Notes: generated from the letters alone by a model not told the origin. Positions 9,270-17,369 are shown, counted from the first letter of the stretch. The stretch is DNA of 24,000 nucleotides from Halorussus lipolyticus (GCF_029338375.1 NZ_CP119804.1:1670955-1694954); one strand, 5' to 3'. A program made the numbers and translations.

Positions 9270-10424
9270 CTACAGTGCGAGGTTGTACTCGTCGTTCATG
9301 ATCTTGTCTAACGCAATGGCTCCGGAATCAGTACCGTCGTTAGTCCAGCAATGCAAACCGACGAGCCAGTAGTAACCATCACCCGAGTCAAACCGATAGT
9401 GTGGACCTCCGGAGTCACCTCTAGCTTGGTCAGCAGTAGTCCAGAAGTTTCGCTTTCCATTCTTAGCTACCGTTTCCTTAATTGTACCCGAGTTCCTTCC
9501 TGCAGATTTCCCTTGATGAGTGATTTCGTATTGGTACCCATCGTTCGCAATCCAATCCCAGCCATGTACTTTGTTGACTGTATCCGTATACCCTCCCCCA
9601 TCCTCTGCGAGCTTGTTTGTATAATCGACGTCGCTGTACTTGTATTCTATCAGACCTGCATCCATTTGACCGCCGTCAACCCTGATAGAACTGTCAAGTG
9701 GGTAACCGAGGTTCTTATCCCACTCCGGTTGGTGAACCTGACCGGGTACCGAACCATCGTCGTTCTGTAATACGTGTCCTGCTGTCAAGAACCGGCGACG
9801 TGAAACACTATAGTCCCAGAACGAAAAGCAGAGCGTCCCACCCAAGTCAATTTTACAACCGCCAGGACATGGCCGATACGCCGTATCGTAGTATTCCTGT
9901 TGAATTTTCTCCTTCTTTTCGAAGACAACAGGTATTTTCTCGATAACTTCTGTATTCTCTGAGCCGCCAGCGGTTCCACTCACGTAGGAGGGGGTGTTAT
10001 TTTCTACTTCTTCAAATGTGATACTTGGCTCAGAGATCACCTTGCCGTTAGATTTCTTTAGTGTGTCGTAGGACACGACTACGTAGGGTTCAACCTGTTC
10101 TGGGGACGTCGAATCATACCTTACACCAGTGTTGATGGAGTTAGACGGACCTATTTTTTCGATTGCTTTCGAAACTCTCTCCGCGGCGTCATACGCGGCC
10201 TGGATTCGGACCCAACGTCCGCGGGGAATTGTCGAATGAATAGTCTCAACCTCAGGCGGACTATTCAGCCCATCTGGATGCTTGTATTCGTATCCTTTCA
10301 CGTATGGAACCTCTTTTTTTGGATCGGAGGTGACCTGCGCAATACTCTCCTGCGAGAGGGTATTAATCGTAGCCGCTGAAAGGCCTAAATTTGCGAGGGT
10401 GTTCATGAATCGACGCCGCCCCAT
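9270..10424 (-). CDS. Tat-secreted S1-family (chymotrypsin/streptogrisin-like) serine protease with N-terminal pro-region-like module
   Basis: Track ORF 9270-10454. I prefer the start at M11 (10424), giving MGRRRFMNTLANLGLSAA as a Tat signal. The catalytic triad context is FLTAGHV (His), QMDAGLI (Asp) and GDSGGP (Ser, encoded at 9402-9419). Confidence 0.8.
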   Translation of the reverse strand: MGRRRFMNTLANLGLSAATINTLSQESIAQVTSDPKKEVPYVKGYEYKHPDGLNSPPEVETIHSTIPRGRWVRIQAAYDAAERVSKAIEKIGPSNSINTGVRYDSTSPEQVEPYVVVSYDTLKKSNGKVISEPSITFEEVENNTPSYVSGTAGGSENTEVIEKIPVVFEKKEKIQQEYYDTAYRPCPGGCKIDLGGTLCFSFWDYSVSRRRFLTAGHVLQNDDGSVPGQVHQPEWDKNLGYPLDSSIRVDGGQMDAGLIEYKYSDVDYTNKLAEDGGGYTDTVNKVHGWDWIANDGYQYEITHQGKSAGRNSGTIKETVAKNGKRNFWTTADQARGDSGGPHYRFDSGDGYYWLVGLHCWTNDGTDSGAIALDKIMNDEYNLAL

Positions 10425-10699
10425 CAGTTCGTACTTATCTGATGACACCCACAAATTAAGTCATATAGATATAATTTATGTCTTTCTAACCATAGAAAAC
10501 ATAATCGGAATTGATGTATGATATGTGTTGAGGACTACCGTAGAGATAGTACTTTAGTTCGGAAAGGAGGGCGGTTCAGAGGTGTATCGAGTGTTCAATC
10601 GACATCTGACTACTATTGTATCTTCTTCAATAGTACCAACTGAGTAGGAGCGCGGAGATACAGATACAAGCCCCTCCCGCGAGAACACCAGCGTAGAAC

Positions 10700-11467
10700 A
10701 TGGACCTCGCCGAACTCGCCTCCCGATACGACGACCGCCTCCGAACCGACGACTTCGCCGACGTGGACGCCAGCGAGAACGGCCTGCAGGTCGGCCCCGA
10801 CCACCGCGAGGTCGAATCGGTCGCGTTCGCGGTGGACGCCGCCGAGCAGACCATCGAGACAGCGGCCGACCGAGGAGCGGACGCCCTCGTGACCCACCAC
10901 GGCCTCTCGTGGGGCGGCATCGACCGCGTTACCGGCCGCCAGTACGACCGCATCGCGCCCCTCATCGAGAACGACGTGGCGCTCTACGTCTCGCACCTGC
11001 CGCTGGACGCCCACCCCGAACTCGGCAACGCCGCCGGTATCGCCGACCTCCTCGGACTGGACGACCGCGAACCCTTCGGCGAGGTGGGACCGGAACACGT
11101 CGGCCAGCGGGGCCGCGCCCCCGAACCCATCCCGACCGACCACCTGCGCGAGACCCTCGAAGCCGAACTCGACCACTTCGGGCAGGGCGTGCGGGTCCTT
11201 GACTTCGGCCCCGAGGAAATCGAGGACGTGGCTGTCCTGACCGGGAGCGGCGTCGATTGGCTCGACGAAGCGGTCGAGGCGGGCGCTGACGCCCTCATCA
11301 CCGGCGAAGGCAAACAGAAGGTCTACCACGAGGCCCGCGAGGCCGGACTCACCGTCGTCCTCGCCGGCCACTACGCGACCGAAACCTTCGGCGTCCGGTC
11401 ACTCCAGACGCTCGCCGACGACTGGGGCCTCGAAACGACCTACATCGACGCGCCGACCGGGCTGTGA
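10700..11467 (+). CDS. NIF3-family dinuclear metal-centre protein (GTP cyclohydrolase 1 type 2 homolog)
   Basis: 255 aa. ENGLQVG, ALVTHHGL, ALYVSHLPLDAH and HYATE are characteristic of NIF3/YbgI. Confidence 0.85.
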   Translation: MDLAELASRYDDRLRTDDFADVDASENGLQVGPDHREVESVAFAVDAAEQTIETAADRGADALVTHHGLSWGGIDRVTGRQYDRIAPLIENDVALYVSHLPLDAHPELGNAAGIADLLGLDDREPFGEVGPEHVGQRGRAPEPIPTDHLRETLEAELDHFGQGVRVLDFGPEEIEDVAVLTGSGVDWLDEAVEAGADALITGEGKQKVYHEAREAGLTVVLAGHYATETFGVRSLQTLADDWGLETTYIDAPTGL

Positions 11468-11667
11468 GCCGAATGGCCGACTCCGACTCGCTTCGCGCGA
11501 CGATTCGCAACCCGTGGGTCCGGCGAGCCATCACGCTCGTTCTCCTCGGACTCGCGGGGGCCGTGGCGTTCGCGCAGGGCGGCGTCCTCCCCGTCGCGTT
11601 CGGCGCGCTCGTCGGGATGGTCGCCTCGGTGGCGGTCTACCGGTACGTCCGCAGTCGGAGTACGTAG
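11464..11667 (+). CDS. Small hypothetical membrane protein (67 aa; alternative ATG at 11473)
   Basis: ORF track entry. Its start overlaps the NIF3 stop. It has two predicted hydrophobic helices (AITLVLLGLAGAVAFA, VAFGALVGMVASVAVY). No family was recognised. Confidence 0.4.
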   Translation: MSRMADSDSLRATIRNPWVRRAITLVLLGLAGAVAFAQGGVLPVAFGALVGMVASVAVYRYVRSRST

Positions 11668-11704
11668 CCGTGGCCGAAATCCGGGGCGGGACGCTCGTCC
11701 TCGA

Positions 11705-12028
11705 TTAGGAGTCGCCCCGCGCTCTGACCTCGTAGTGTCGCGCCCGGTCGTCGTACCGCGAAAGGACTTTCTCGGCTTCCGGCGGAATATGGGCCTGCTC
11801 GTGGTCCTCGCCCGCGAACTCCTTCACGGCGTCCAGCGAGTCGAAGCGCATGACGGTGACGAATTCGACCTCCTCGTCGCCCCTGTTCGCGCGCCGGAGG
11901 ACGCGAAACCCGCGATAGCCGTCGATGTCCTCGTCGGCGAAGCGCGGGAAAATCTCGTCGTGGAGGAGGCGCTCGTACTCGTCGGCCTCCTCGGGCGTCG
12001 TCCATCCGTGCCAGATACGCTCTATCAC
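11705..12028 (-). CDS. ABM (antibiotic biosynthesis monooxygenase)/Dabb-like ferredoxin-fold domain protein
   Basis: 107 aa with a GTG start. The MIERIWHGWTTPEEADEYERLL...FVTVMRFDSLDAVKEFAG pattern is typical of small ABM-domain proteins. Confidence 0.7.
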   Translation of the reverse strand: MIERIWHGWTTPEEADEYERLLHDEIFPRFADEDIDGYRGFRVLRRANRGDEEVEFVTVMRFDSLDAVKEFAGEDHEQAHIPPEAEKVLSRYDDRARHYEVRARGDS

Positions 12029-12545
12029 GGCCGGGGCTTCGGCCCGCGGGGAGTTAATCTTCGCGGCGAACGAGTCGAAACCGCCACCGCCGAACTGGGA
12101 CTATCGGGGCGACATCGCCAATCAGTTGGTCGAAGAAGGACGCGACAGACGCTACGCGTGGGGTATCTCGGTCCGGGCGAGACCGAGGGCCGAGTCGCGC
12201 TGGACGCATTCTCTGAAATAGGTAGTATTAAAACCCTTCAATTCAACTTGAATCACGTGTCCGTCGGGTTTCAACAACCCTCGCGGTTGCCGGAGCTACG
12301 GTCACGCGACGGTTCTCGGCGGGTACGGGCCGCGGCCAACCGGCCCCGATAGCCGACCTTCGGGTACGGCTAATTGAACCGCCGCTGGCGTCCGACCGGC
12401 GTCACGTGGGCCCTCGTGGCAGTTGGCACTACCGCTTTTGAGAGTCTCACTTCGAATAGCGGCGTCGTCACGTGGTTATCAGCGTTGATACATCCATACA
12501 AGCTTATTTCACGCGCTTACATATCTATTTTCGAGAAAAACCAAG

Positions 12546-14870
12546 ATGGGACACAAATGGCCATTCGTGGAGAGAGTACGACGGAGCTACGCATCGAAGC
12601 TCGCGGTCGCGCTGGTGTCGGTCGTGGCGCTGACCGTCGTGGTCGGGGCGCTGATACACGTCCAGACCGGCGAGCGACTGCGGACCGACGTGCAAGACGA
12701 GTTGACTGCGTTCTCGAACTCGCGGGCCGACACGCTCGACACGTGGCTGTCGAGCGTCGAGACCCAGACGAAACTGACCTCACAGCATCCAGCCCTCAAG
12801 ACCGGCGACACCGACCGCATCCGGGGGCACTTGAAGGGGCTGGTAACCGACGGGACGGTCCCCGACGGCGTGGTCGCGGTCCACTACTACGACGCCGAGG
12901 AGGGAACCATCGTGACGAGTTCGAGCGACGAACTCGCGGGAGTCAGTCCCGGCGAGCAGGGCGCGCCCTTCGCCACCGACCCGCCGAACTACGACGGCGC
13001 TGACGACGTGTACGTCTCCGCGCCCTTCCGCGTCCCAATCGTGGACTTCCCGGTCGTGGCGGTCGTCTCGCCGGTTCCCGACCGACCGAACAAGCGGGTC
13101 ATCTACATGGTGAACATCGCCGAGCGAACCCGGTCGCTCACCGGCGGCGTCGAGGGCGGTTCGACGGTGGTCCTCGACGGACAGGGCCGGTATCTCGCCC
13201 ACCCCAACGCGAGCAAGCTACTGGCGATTCACCGCGGCGGGGACGACAGTCCCGCAGTCGAGCGCGGGGTCGCTGGCGAATCCGGATTCATGCAGATGGA
13301 CAGTGGGATGCTCATGGCCTACGCGCCGATGGAGTCGGCCGACTGGGTGGTCGTCGTCCACGCGCCACAGAGCGAGGCCTACGCGCTCGGGTCAGCAGTC
13401 ACGTCGAACATCCTCGGTCTCATCCTGCTGGCGGTGGTTAGCCTCGCACTGGTCGGCGTCACCGTCGGGAGCAACACGGTCATCTCGCTCCGCCAACTCT
13501 CGGCGAAGGCCGACGAGATGGCCAGCGGGGACCTCGACGTTGACTTGGAGACCGAGCGCCGCGACGAGTTCGGGTCGCTGTACGACTCCTTCGGCCGGAT
13601 GCGCGACTCGCTCCGGCAACAGATACGCGAGGCCGAGGAGGCCCGCGAATCCGCCGAGTCCGCGCGCCGGGAAGCCGAGGACGCCAAAGAGAGCGCCGAG
13701 GAGGCCCGCGAGGAGGCCGAAGCCCTCTCGTCGCACCTCGAAACCAAGGCCAACCACTACGAGGACGTGATGAGCGCGGCCGCAGACGGCGACCTCGGGG
13801 TTCGGGTGGACCCCGAAAGCCGGAGCGAGGCGATGGTCGCCATCGGCGAGTCGCTCAACGAGATGTTAGACGACATCGAGCGCACCGTGGCCAAAGTCAA
13901 GCGGTTCTCCTCGCACGTCTCGAACGCAGTCGTGGACGTGGAATCGAGCGCCGAGGAGGTCATGGCGACCGGCGAGGAGGTCAGCGAGTCGGTCGGCGAG
14001 ATTTCGGAGGGCGCGGCCAGACAGACCGAGAACCTCGGCGACGTGGCCGACGAGATGAACGCACTGTCGGCCAGCGCCCAACAGGTGGCGTCAACGGTGG
14101 ACGAAGTTGCGGCGACCTCCGAGCAGGCGGCCGCCGCGGGCCGGAACGGCCGGGAAGCCGCCGAGGACGCCCTCGCGGAGATGGATGCGGTCGAGACCGC
14201 AACCGAGCGGACCGCGGCCCAAATCGAGGAACTCGAAGACGAGATGGCCGCCATCGGCGAGGTGGTCGAGGTCATCACCGAAATAGCCGAGCAGACCAAC
14301 ATGCTCGCGCTGAACGCCTCCATCGAGGCCGCCCGGACCGGCGCGGAGGGCGACGGTTTCGCGGTGGTCGCAGACGAGGTGAAGAACCTCGCCGAGGAGA
14401 CCAAAGAGTCCGCCACCGAAATCGAGGGCCGCATCGAGCGCGTCCAGTCGAAGACGGCCGAATCGGTCGCGGAGATGCACGAGACCAGCGAGCGCATCAC
14501 GACCGGCGTCGAGACGGTCGAGGGCGCAATCGACGCGCTGGAGGAAATCGCGGAGTACGTCGAGGAGACCGACGCTCGAATCCGGGAAATCAACGAGGCC
14601 ACCGAGGACCAAGCAGAGTCGTCGTCCGCGGTGGTCGAGATGGTGGACGAAGTGGCGTCCATCAGCGAGGAGACCACCGGACAGGCCGAGTCGGTCGCCG
14701 ACGCGGCCGAGGCCCAGACGACCACGCTGGCGGAGGTCCGCGACGACGCCGAGGGACTGGCCGAGCGCGCGGCGGAACTCTCGGCCCTGCTCGACGACTT
14801 CCGGGTCACGAAGGGTACCGGACCGATGGACGAGACCGGCTTCGAGGCCGCGGAGGTGAGCGACCGATGA
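12546..14870 (+). CDS. htrII: Sensory rhodopsin II transducer (methyl-accepting chemotaxis/phototaxis protein HtrII) with large extracellular sensor domain
   Basis: 774 aa. TM1 is about aa 18-37, a roughly 250-aa extracytoplasmic Cache-like domain follows, and TM2 is about aa 286-308. After that come HAMP regions and the MCP signalling hairpin [38 protein letters not shown]. The stop overlaps the rhodopsin start (ATGA at 14867-14870). Confidence 0.92.
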   Translation: MGHKWPFVERVRRSYASKLAVALVSVVALTVVVGALIHVQTGERLRTDVQDELTAFSNSRADTLDTWLSSVETQTKLTSQHPALKTGDTDRIRGHLKGLVTDGTVPDGVVAVHYYDAEEGTIVTSSSDELAGVSPGEQGAPFATDPPNYDGADDVYVSAPFRVPIVDFPVVAVVSPVPDRPNKRVIYMVNIAERTRSLTGGVEGGSTVVLDGQGRYLAHPNASKLLAIHRGGDDSPAVERGVAGESGFMQMDSGMLMAYAPMESADWVVVVHAPQSEAYALGSAVTSNILGLILLAVVSLALVGVTVGSNTVISLRQLSAKADEMASGDLDVDLETERRDEFGSLYDSFGRMRDSLRQQIREAEEARESAESARREAEDAKESAEEAREEAEALSSHLETKANHYEDVMSAAADGDLGVRVDPESRSEAMVAIGESLNEMLDDIERTVAKVKRFSSHVSNAVVDVESSAEEVMATGEEVSESVGEISEGAARQTENLGDVADEMNALSASAQQVASTVDEVAATSEQAAAAGRNGREAAEDALAEMDAVETATERTAAQIEELEDEMAAIGEVVEVITEIAEQTNMLALNASIEAARTGAEGDGFAVVADEVKNLAEETKESATEIEGRIERVQSKTAESVAEMHETSERITTGVETVEGAIDALEEIAEYVEETDARIREINEATEDQAESSSAVVEMVDEVASISEETTGQAESVADAAEAQTTTLAEVRDDAEGLAERAAELSALLDDFRVTKGTGPMDETGFEAAEVSDR

Positions 14871-15589
14871 TGGACCTCACGCCGGTCTGGTTCTGGCTCG
14901 GCACGCTCGGGATGGCCCTCGGCACGGCCGTCCCGCTCTGGCGACTCGTCTCTTCGGGGCGCTACCGGACCTACTACGCGGTGCTGGCGGGCGTCACCGG
15001 ATTCGCGGCGGTGGCGTACCTCACGATGGCGCTCGGCCTCGGAAAAATCGAGGCCGGTAGTGGTGCGCTCTACCTGCCTCGCTACCTCGACTGGCTGGTG
15101 ACGACGCCCCTGCTGGTGCTGTATCTCGGGATGCTGTGTCAACCGGACCGTCGGGTCTACGCCGCGCTGGTCGGCGTGGACGTGCTGGTCATCGGCGCTG
15201 GCGTGGTGGCCGGACTGCTCCCGTCGCCGTACAGCTACGTCGCGTATCTGGTCGGCTGTGTCGCTTACGGGGGACTCCTCTACCTGTTGCTGTCGGTTCT
15301 GCCCCGGCAGGCGACCCTCCACGGGGACCGCGTTGACGCGGTGTTCGCCAAACTCCGGAACCTGACCGTGGTCCTCTGGACGCTCTATCCGGTGGTCTGG
15401 GTACTCGGGCCGCTCGGCGTGGGCCTGCTACAGACCGGGACCGAGGTCATGGTCGTGACCTACTTGGACCTCATCAGTAAGGTCGGGTTCGTCGCCATGG
15501 CGGTCAACGGCGCGGACGCGCTCGACCAACTCCGGACCGAGGAGGCCCTGTCCGACCCGGCCGACGCTCCGGCGTCGGCGGCCGACTGA
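14867..15589 (+). CDS. sopII: Sensory rhodopsin II (phoborhodopsin)
   Basis: 240 aa with 7 TM. It has RYLDW (R72, D75), Y174 and [10 protein letters not shown] with the Schiff-base Lys205 (15479-15481). It shows strong colinearity with my recollection of N. pharaonis SRII (LRNLTV.LW..YP..W.LGP.GV.LL......V.YLDL..KVGF). GGAGGTGA lies at 14852-14859, just upstream. Confidence 0.92.
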   Translation: MMDLTPVWFWLGTLGMALGTAVPLWRLVSSGRYRTYYAVLAGVTGFAAVAYLTMALGLGKIEAGSGALYLPRYLDWLVTTPLLVLYLGMLCQPDRRVYAALVGVDVLVIGAGVVAGLLPSPYSYVAYLVGCVAYGGLLYLLLSVLPRQATLHGDRVDAVFAKLRNLTVVLWTLYPVVWVLGPLGVGLLQTGTEVMVVTYLDLISKVGFVAMAVNGADALDQLRTEEALSDPADAPASAAD

Positions 15590-15599
15590 CTGAGTTCCG

Positions 15600-15604
15600 T
15601 TTTT
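15600..15604 (+). terminator. Oligo-T run (T5) downstream of sopII, candidate archaeal terminator
   Basis: ccgTTTTTcgc lies 11 nt after the sopII TGA. Archaeal termination commonly uses T-runs. Confidence 0.3.
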
Positions 15605-15653
15605 CGCTCTCGCAATCGCGGCGTTCAAGCGTCTGGACCGACCAGCAACCCAC

Positions 15654-16703
15654 ATGACTGACGACCACGAGGACGGCGGCCACGACGACGAAGGGCACCA
15701 CGAACCCCACCGCGAGGAGTTCCACCACGACCCAATCGCCCACGCCGAGGTCCGGGCGGGGATGACCGTCGGCGAGTTGGCCGAGTCCTACGGCGACGCG
15801 GGCATCGGTGCCGCCGACATCCACGAGGCCGTGGACATCTACGCCGAGATGTTGGGCGACGACGACGTGACCAACTTCTTCGGGTTGGCGGGCGCGATGG
15901 TGCCGACCGGGATGCGCAGAATCGTGGCGAACCTCATCCGGGACGGCCACATCGACGCGCTGGTCACGACCGGCGCGAACCTGACCCACGACGCCATCGA
16001 GGCTATCGGCGGGAAGCACCACCACGGCACCGAGGACCCCGGCGAGGACCGGACCCTGCGCGACCACGACGAGCAACTGCGCGACGAGCAGGTCGATAGG
16101 ATTTACAACGTCTACCTGCCACAGGAACACTTCGCGCTGTTCGAAAATCACCTGCGCTCGGAGGTGTTCCCCGAAGTCGAAGGCGAAGGGGCAGTGAGTA
16201 TTCAGGAACTGACCGCGGCGCTCGGCAAGGCCAACAGCGAGGTCAACGACCGCGAGGAGATTTCGGAGGGAGCGGGAGTCGCGGCCGCGGCCTACGAGAA
16301 CGACGTGCCCATCTACTGCCCGGCGATTCAGGACTCGGTGCTGGGCCTGCAAGCGTGGATGTACTCCCAGACCGCCGACTTCACGCTCGACGCGCTGGCC
16401 GACATGACGACCATCACCGACCAAGCCTTCGAGGCCGAGAAGTCCGGCGCGATGGTGGTCGGTGGGGGCGTCCCGAAGAACTACGTCCTCCAGACGATGC
16501 TGGTCTCGCCCGAGGCCTACGACTACGCGGTCCAGTTGACGATGGACCCGCCACAGACCGGCGGTCTCTCCGGGGCGACGCTGGACGAGGCCCGGTCGTG
16601 GGGCAAGTTGGAGAAGGCCGCGCGCAACGCCTCGGTGTACGCCGACGCGACGATTACCCTGCCGCTGGTGACGGCGGCGGCCCGCGAGCGAATCGGCGAG
16701 TAG
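15654..16703 (+). CDS. dhs: Deoxyhypusine synthase
   Basis: 349 aa. FFGLAGAMVPTGMR, DALVTTGANLTHD, VVGGGVPKNY, GGLSGATLDEARSWGK are canonical DHS motifs. It has a His/Asp-rich N-terminal extension. Confidence 0.9.
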   Translation: MTDDHEDGGHDDEGHHEPHREEFHHDPIAHAEVRAGMTVGELAESYGDAGIGAADIHEAVDIYAEMLGDDDVTNFFGLAGAMVPTGMRRIVANLIRDGHIDALVTTGANLTHDAIEAIGGKHHHGTEDPGEDRTLRDHDEQLRDEQVDRIYNVYLPQEHFALFENHLRSEVFPEVEGEGAVSIQELTAALGKANSEVNDREEISEGAGVAAAAYENDVPIYCPAIQDSVLGLQAWMYSQTADFTLDALADMTTITDQAFEAEKSGAMVVGGGVPKNYVLQTMLVSPEAYDYAVQLTMDPPQTGGLSGATLDEARSWGKLEKAARNASVYADATITLPLVTAAARERIGE

Positions 16704-16785
16704 CGCGCTCGGTGACGCTCTACGGAAACACCGTTCCGGAATTTATGTTTACTTCGCTCCGGATTTCGGGATGGAGGTGACAGAA

Positions 16786-16830
16786 ATGGAAGAAACAGAC
16801 AGCAATGTCGGCGACATCGGTGGTCCGTAA
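16786..16830 (+). CDS. Micro-ORF a, 14 aa: MEETDSNVGDIGGP
   Basis: GGAGGTGA at 16773-16780 lies 5 nt before the ATG. A TTTAT motif at 16742-16746 lies about 44 nt upstream. The ORF ends GGT CCG TAA. Confidence 0.5.
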   Translation: MEETDSNVGDIGGP

Positions 16831-16921
16831 CTGCGGAGCGGTCGAGACCGCCGAACGGCGTGTCCGAAGTCGGACACTTATTTCCGGTCGGCGTCCGAGT
16901 TCACCGACGGAGGTGAGAACG

Positions 16922-16966
16922 ATGGAAGCAACTGACAGTAACACGTCCTCGACCAGCGGCCCGTAA
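16922..16966 (+). CDS. Micro-ORF b, 14 aa: MEATDSNTSSTSGP
   Basis: GGAGGTGA at 16909-16916 lies 5 nt before the ATG. TTATTT at 16878-16883 lies about 44 nt upstream. The ORF ends GGC CCG TAA. Confidence 0.5.
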   Translation: MEATDSNTSSTSGP

Positions 16967-17059
16967 GCGACCGACTCCGGGGTCGGTTCCGGCGAAACCG
17001 CTCGCCGAACCGACAGCTATTCGCGGACGGCATCCGACTCCTCGACCGGAGGAGAACGA

Positions 17060-17104
17060 ATGCGCGAGACTGACGGCGCGGCGACTGTCGTGACCGGCCC
17101 GTAG
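17060..17104 (+). CDS. Micro-ORF c, 14 aa: MRETDGAATVVTGP
   Basis: GGAGGAG at 17048-17054 lies 5 nt before the ATG. CTATTC at 17017-17022 lies about 43 nt upstream. The ORF ends GGC CCG TAG. Confidence 0.45.
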   Translation: MRETDGAATVVTGP

Positions 17105-17179
17105 ACTTCGAATCGGCCCCTCGGAACTTCGACAGTTATTTCGACGCATCTCCGGACGAGGAGAACGGAGGTGAAAACG

Positions 17180-17224
17180 ATGACTGCGACCGACAACCAC
17201 GGCTCCTCGACGAGCGGCCCGTAG
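17180..17224 (+). CDS. Micro-ORF d, 14 aa: MTATDNHGSSTSGP
   Basis: GGAGGTGA at 17167-17174 lies 5 nt before the ATG. TTATTT at 17136-17141 lies about 44 nt upstream. The ORF ends GGC CCG TAG. Confidence 0.5.
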   Translation: MTATDNHGSSTSGP

Positions 17225-17369
17225 CGCGACCGACCCGTCTCGGGAGTTCGTCGTCAGTCGGGATGGACTGACGGGACGCTCACGAGATTTATTGCTTCGT
17301 CTGTTATTTAAAATAATCAGAAGAATATTACTAGTCATGTCGTCAATGCTTTGCCGGAGGTGAACGAGA

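Larger units (their letters stand above)
8599..10660. other. AT-rich compositional island (probable horizontally acquired insert) carrying two secreted-protein genes
   Basis: GC drops abruptly, by eye to roughly 40% against mid-60s % on both flanks. The island fills the speB-NIF3 intergenic space exactly. Codon use is A/T-ending and the products are Lys-rich, unlike neighbouring genes. Confidence 0.7.

Noticed and set aside
8599-10700. Flanking direct repeats or att sites, an integrase, or a tRNA target for the AT-rich island.
   Set aside because: Only trivial matches such as actact were found at the two borders, and there is no integrase or tRNA gene in or near the island. I therefore do not call it a defined mobile element.
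12374-13003. A 209-aa ORF overlapping the htrII start region.
   Set aside because: It is Arg-rich and out of frame with htrII, whose own N-terminus (a basic stretch followed by TM1) is typical of Htr transducers.
14867-15589. Assignment of the rhodopsin as sensory rhodopsin I, a proton pump or a chloride pump.
   Set aside because: Tyr at the BR-D96 position also occurs in SRI. However, helices F-G and the residue numbering match my recollection of N. pharaonis SRII far better. The gene is translationally coupled to an upstream transducer in the htrII-sopII order. There is no carboxylate proton donor and no TSA-type halorhodopsin motif.
16720-17338. Minus-strand ORFs 16720-16944 and 16901-17338 covering the micro-ORF region.
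   Set aside because: Their translations are Arg/Ser-rich and basic, with no start context and no recognisable family. They are best explained as antisense artefacts.
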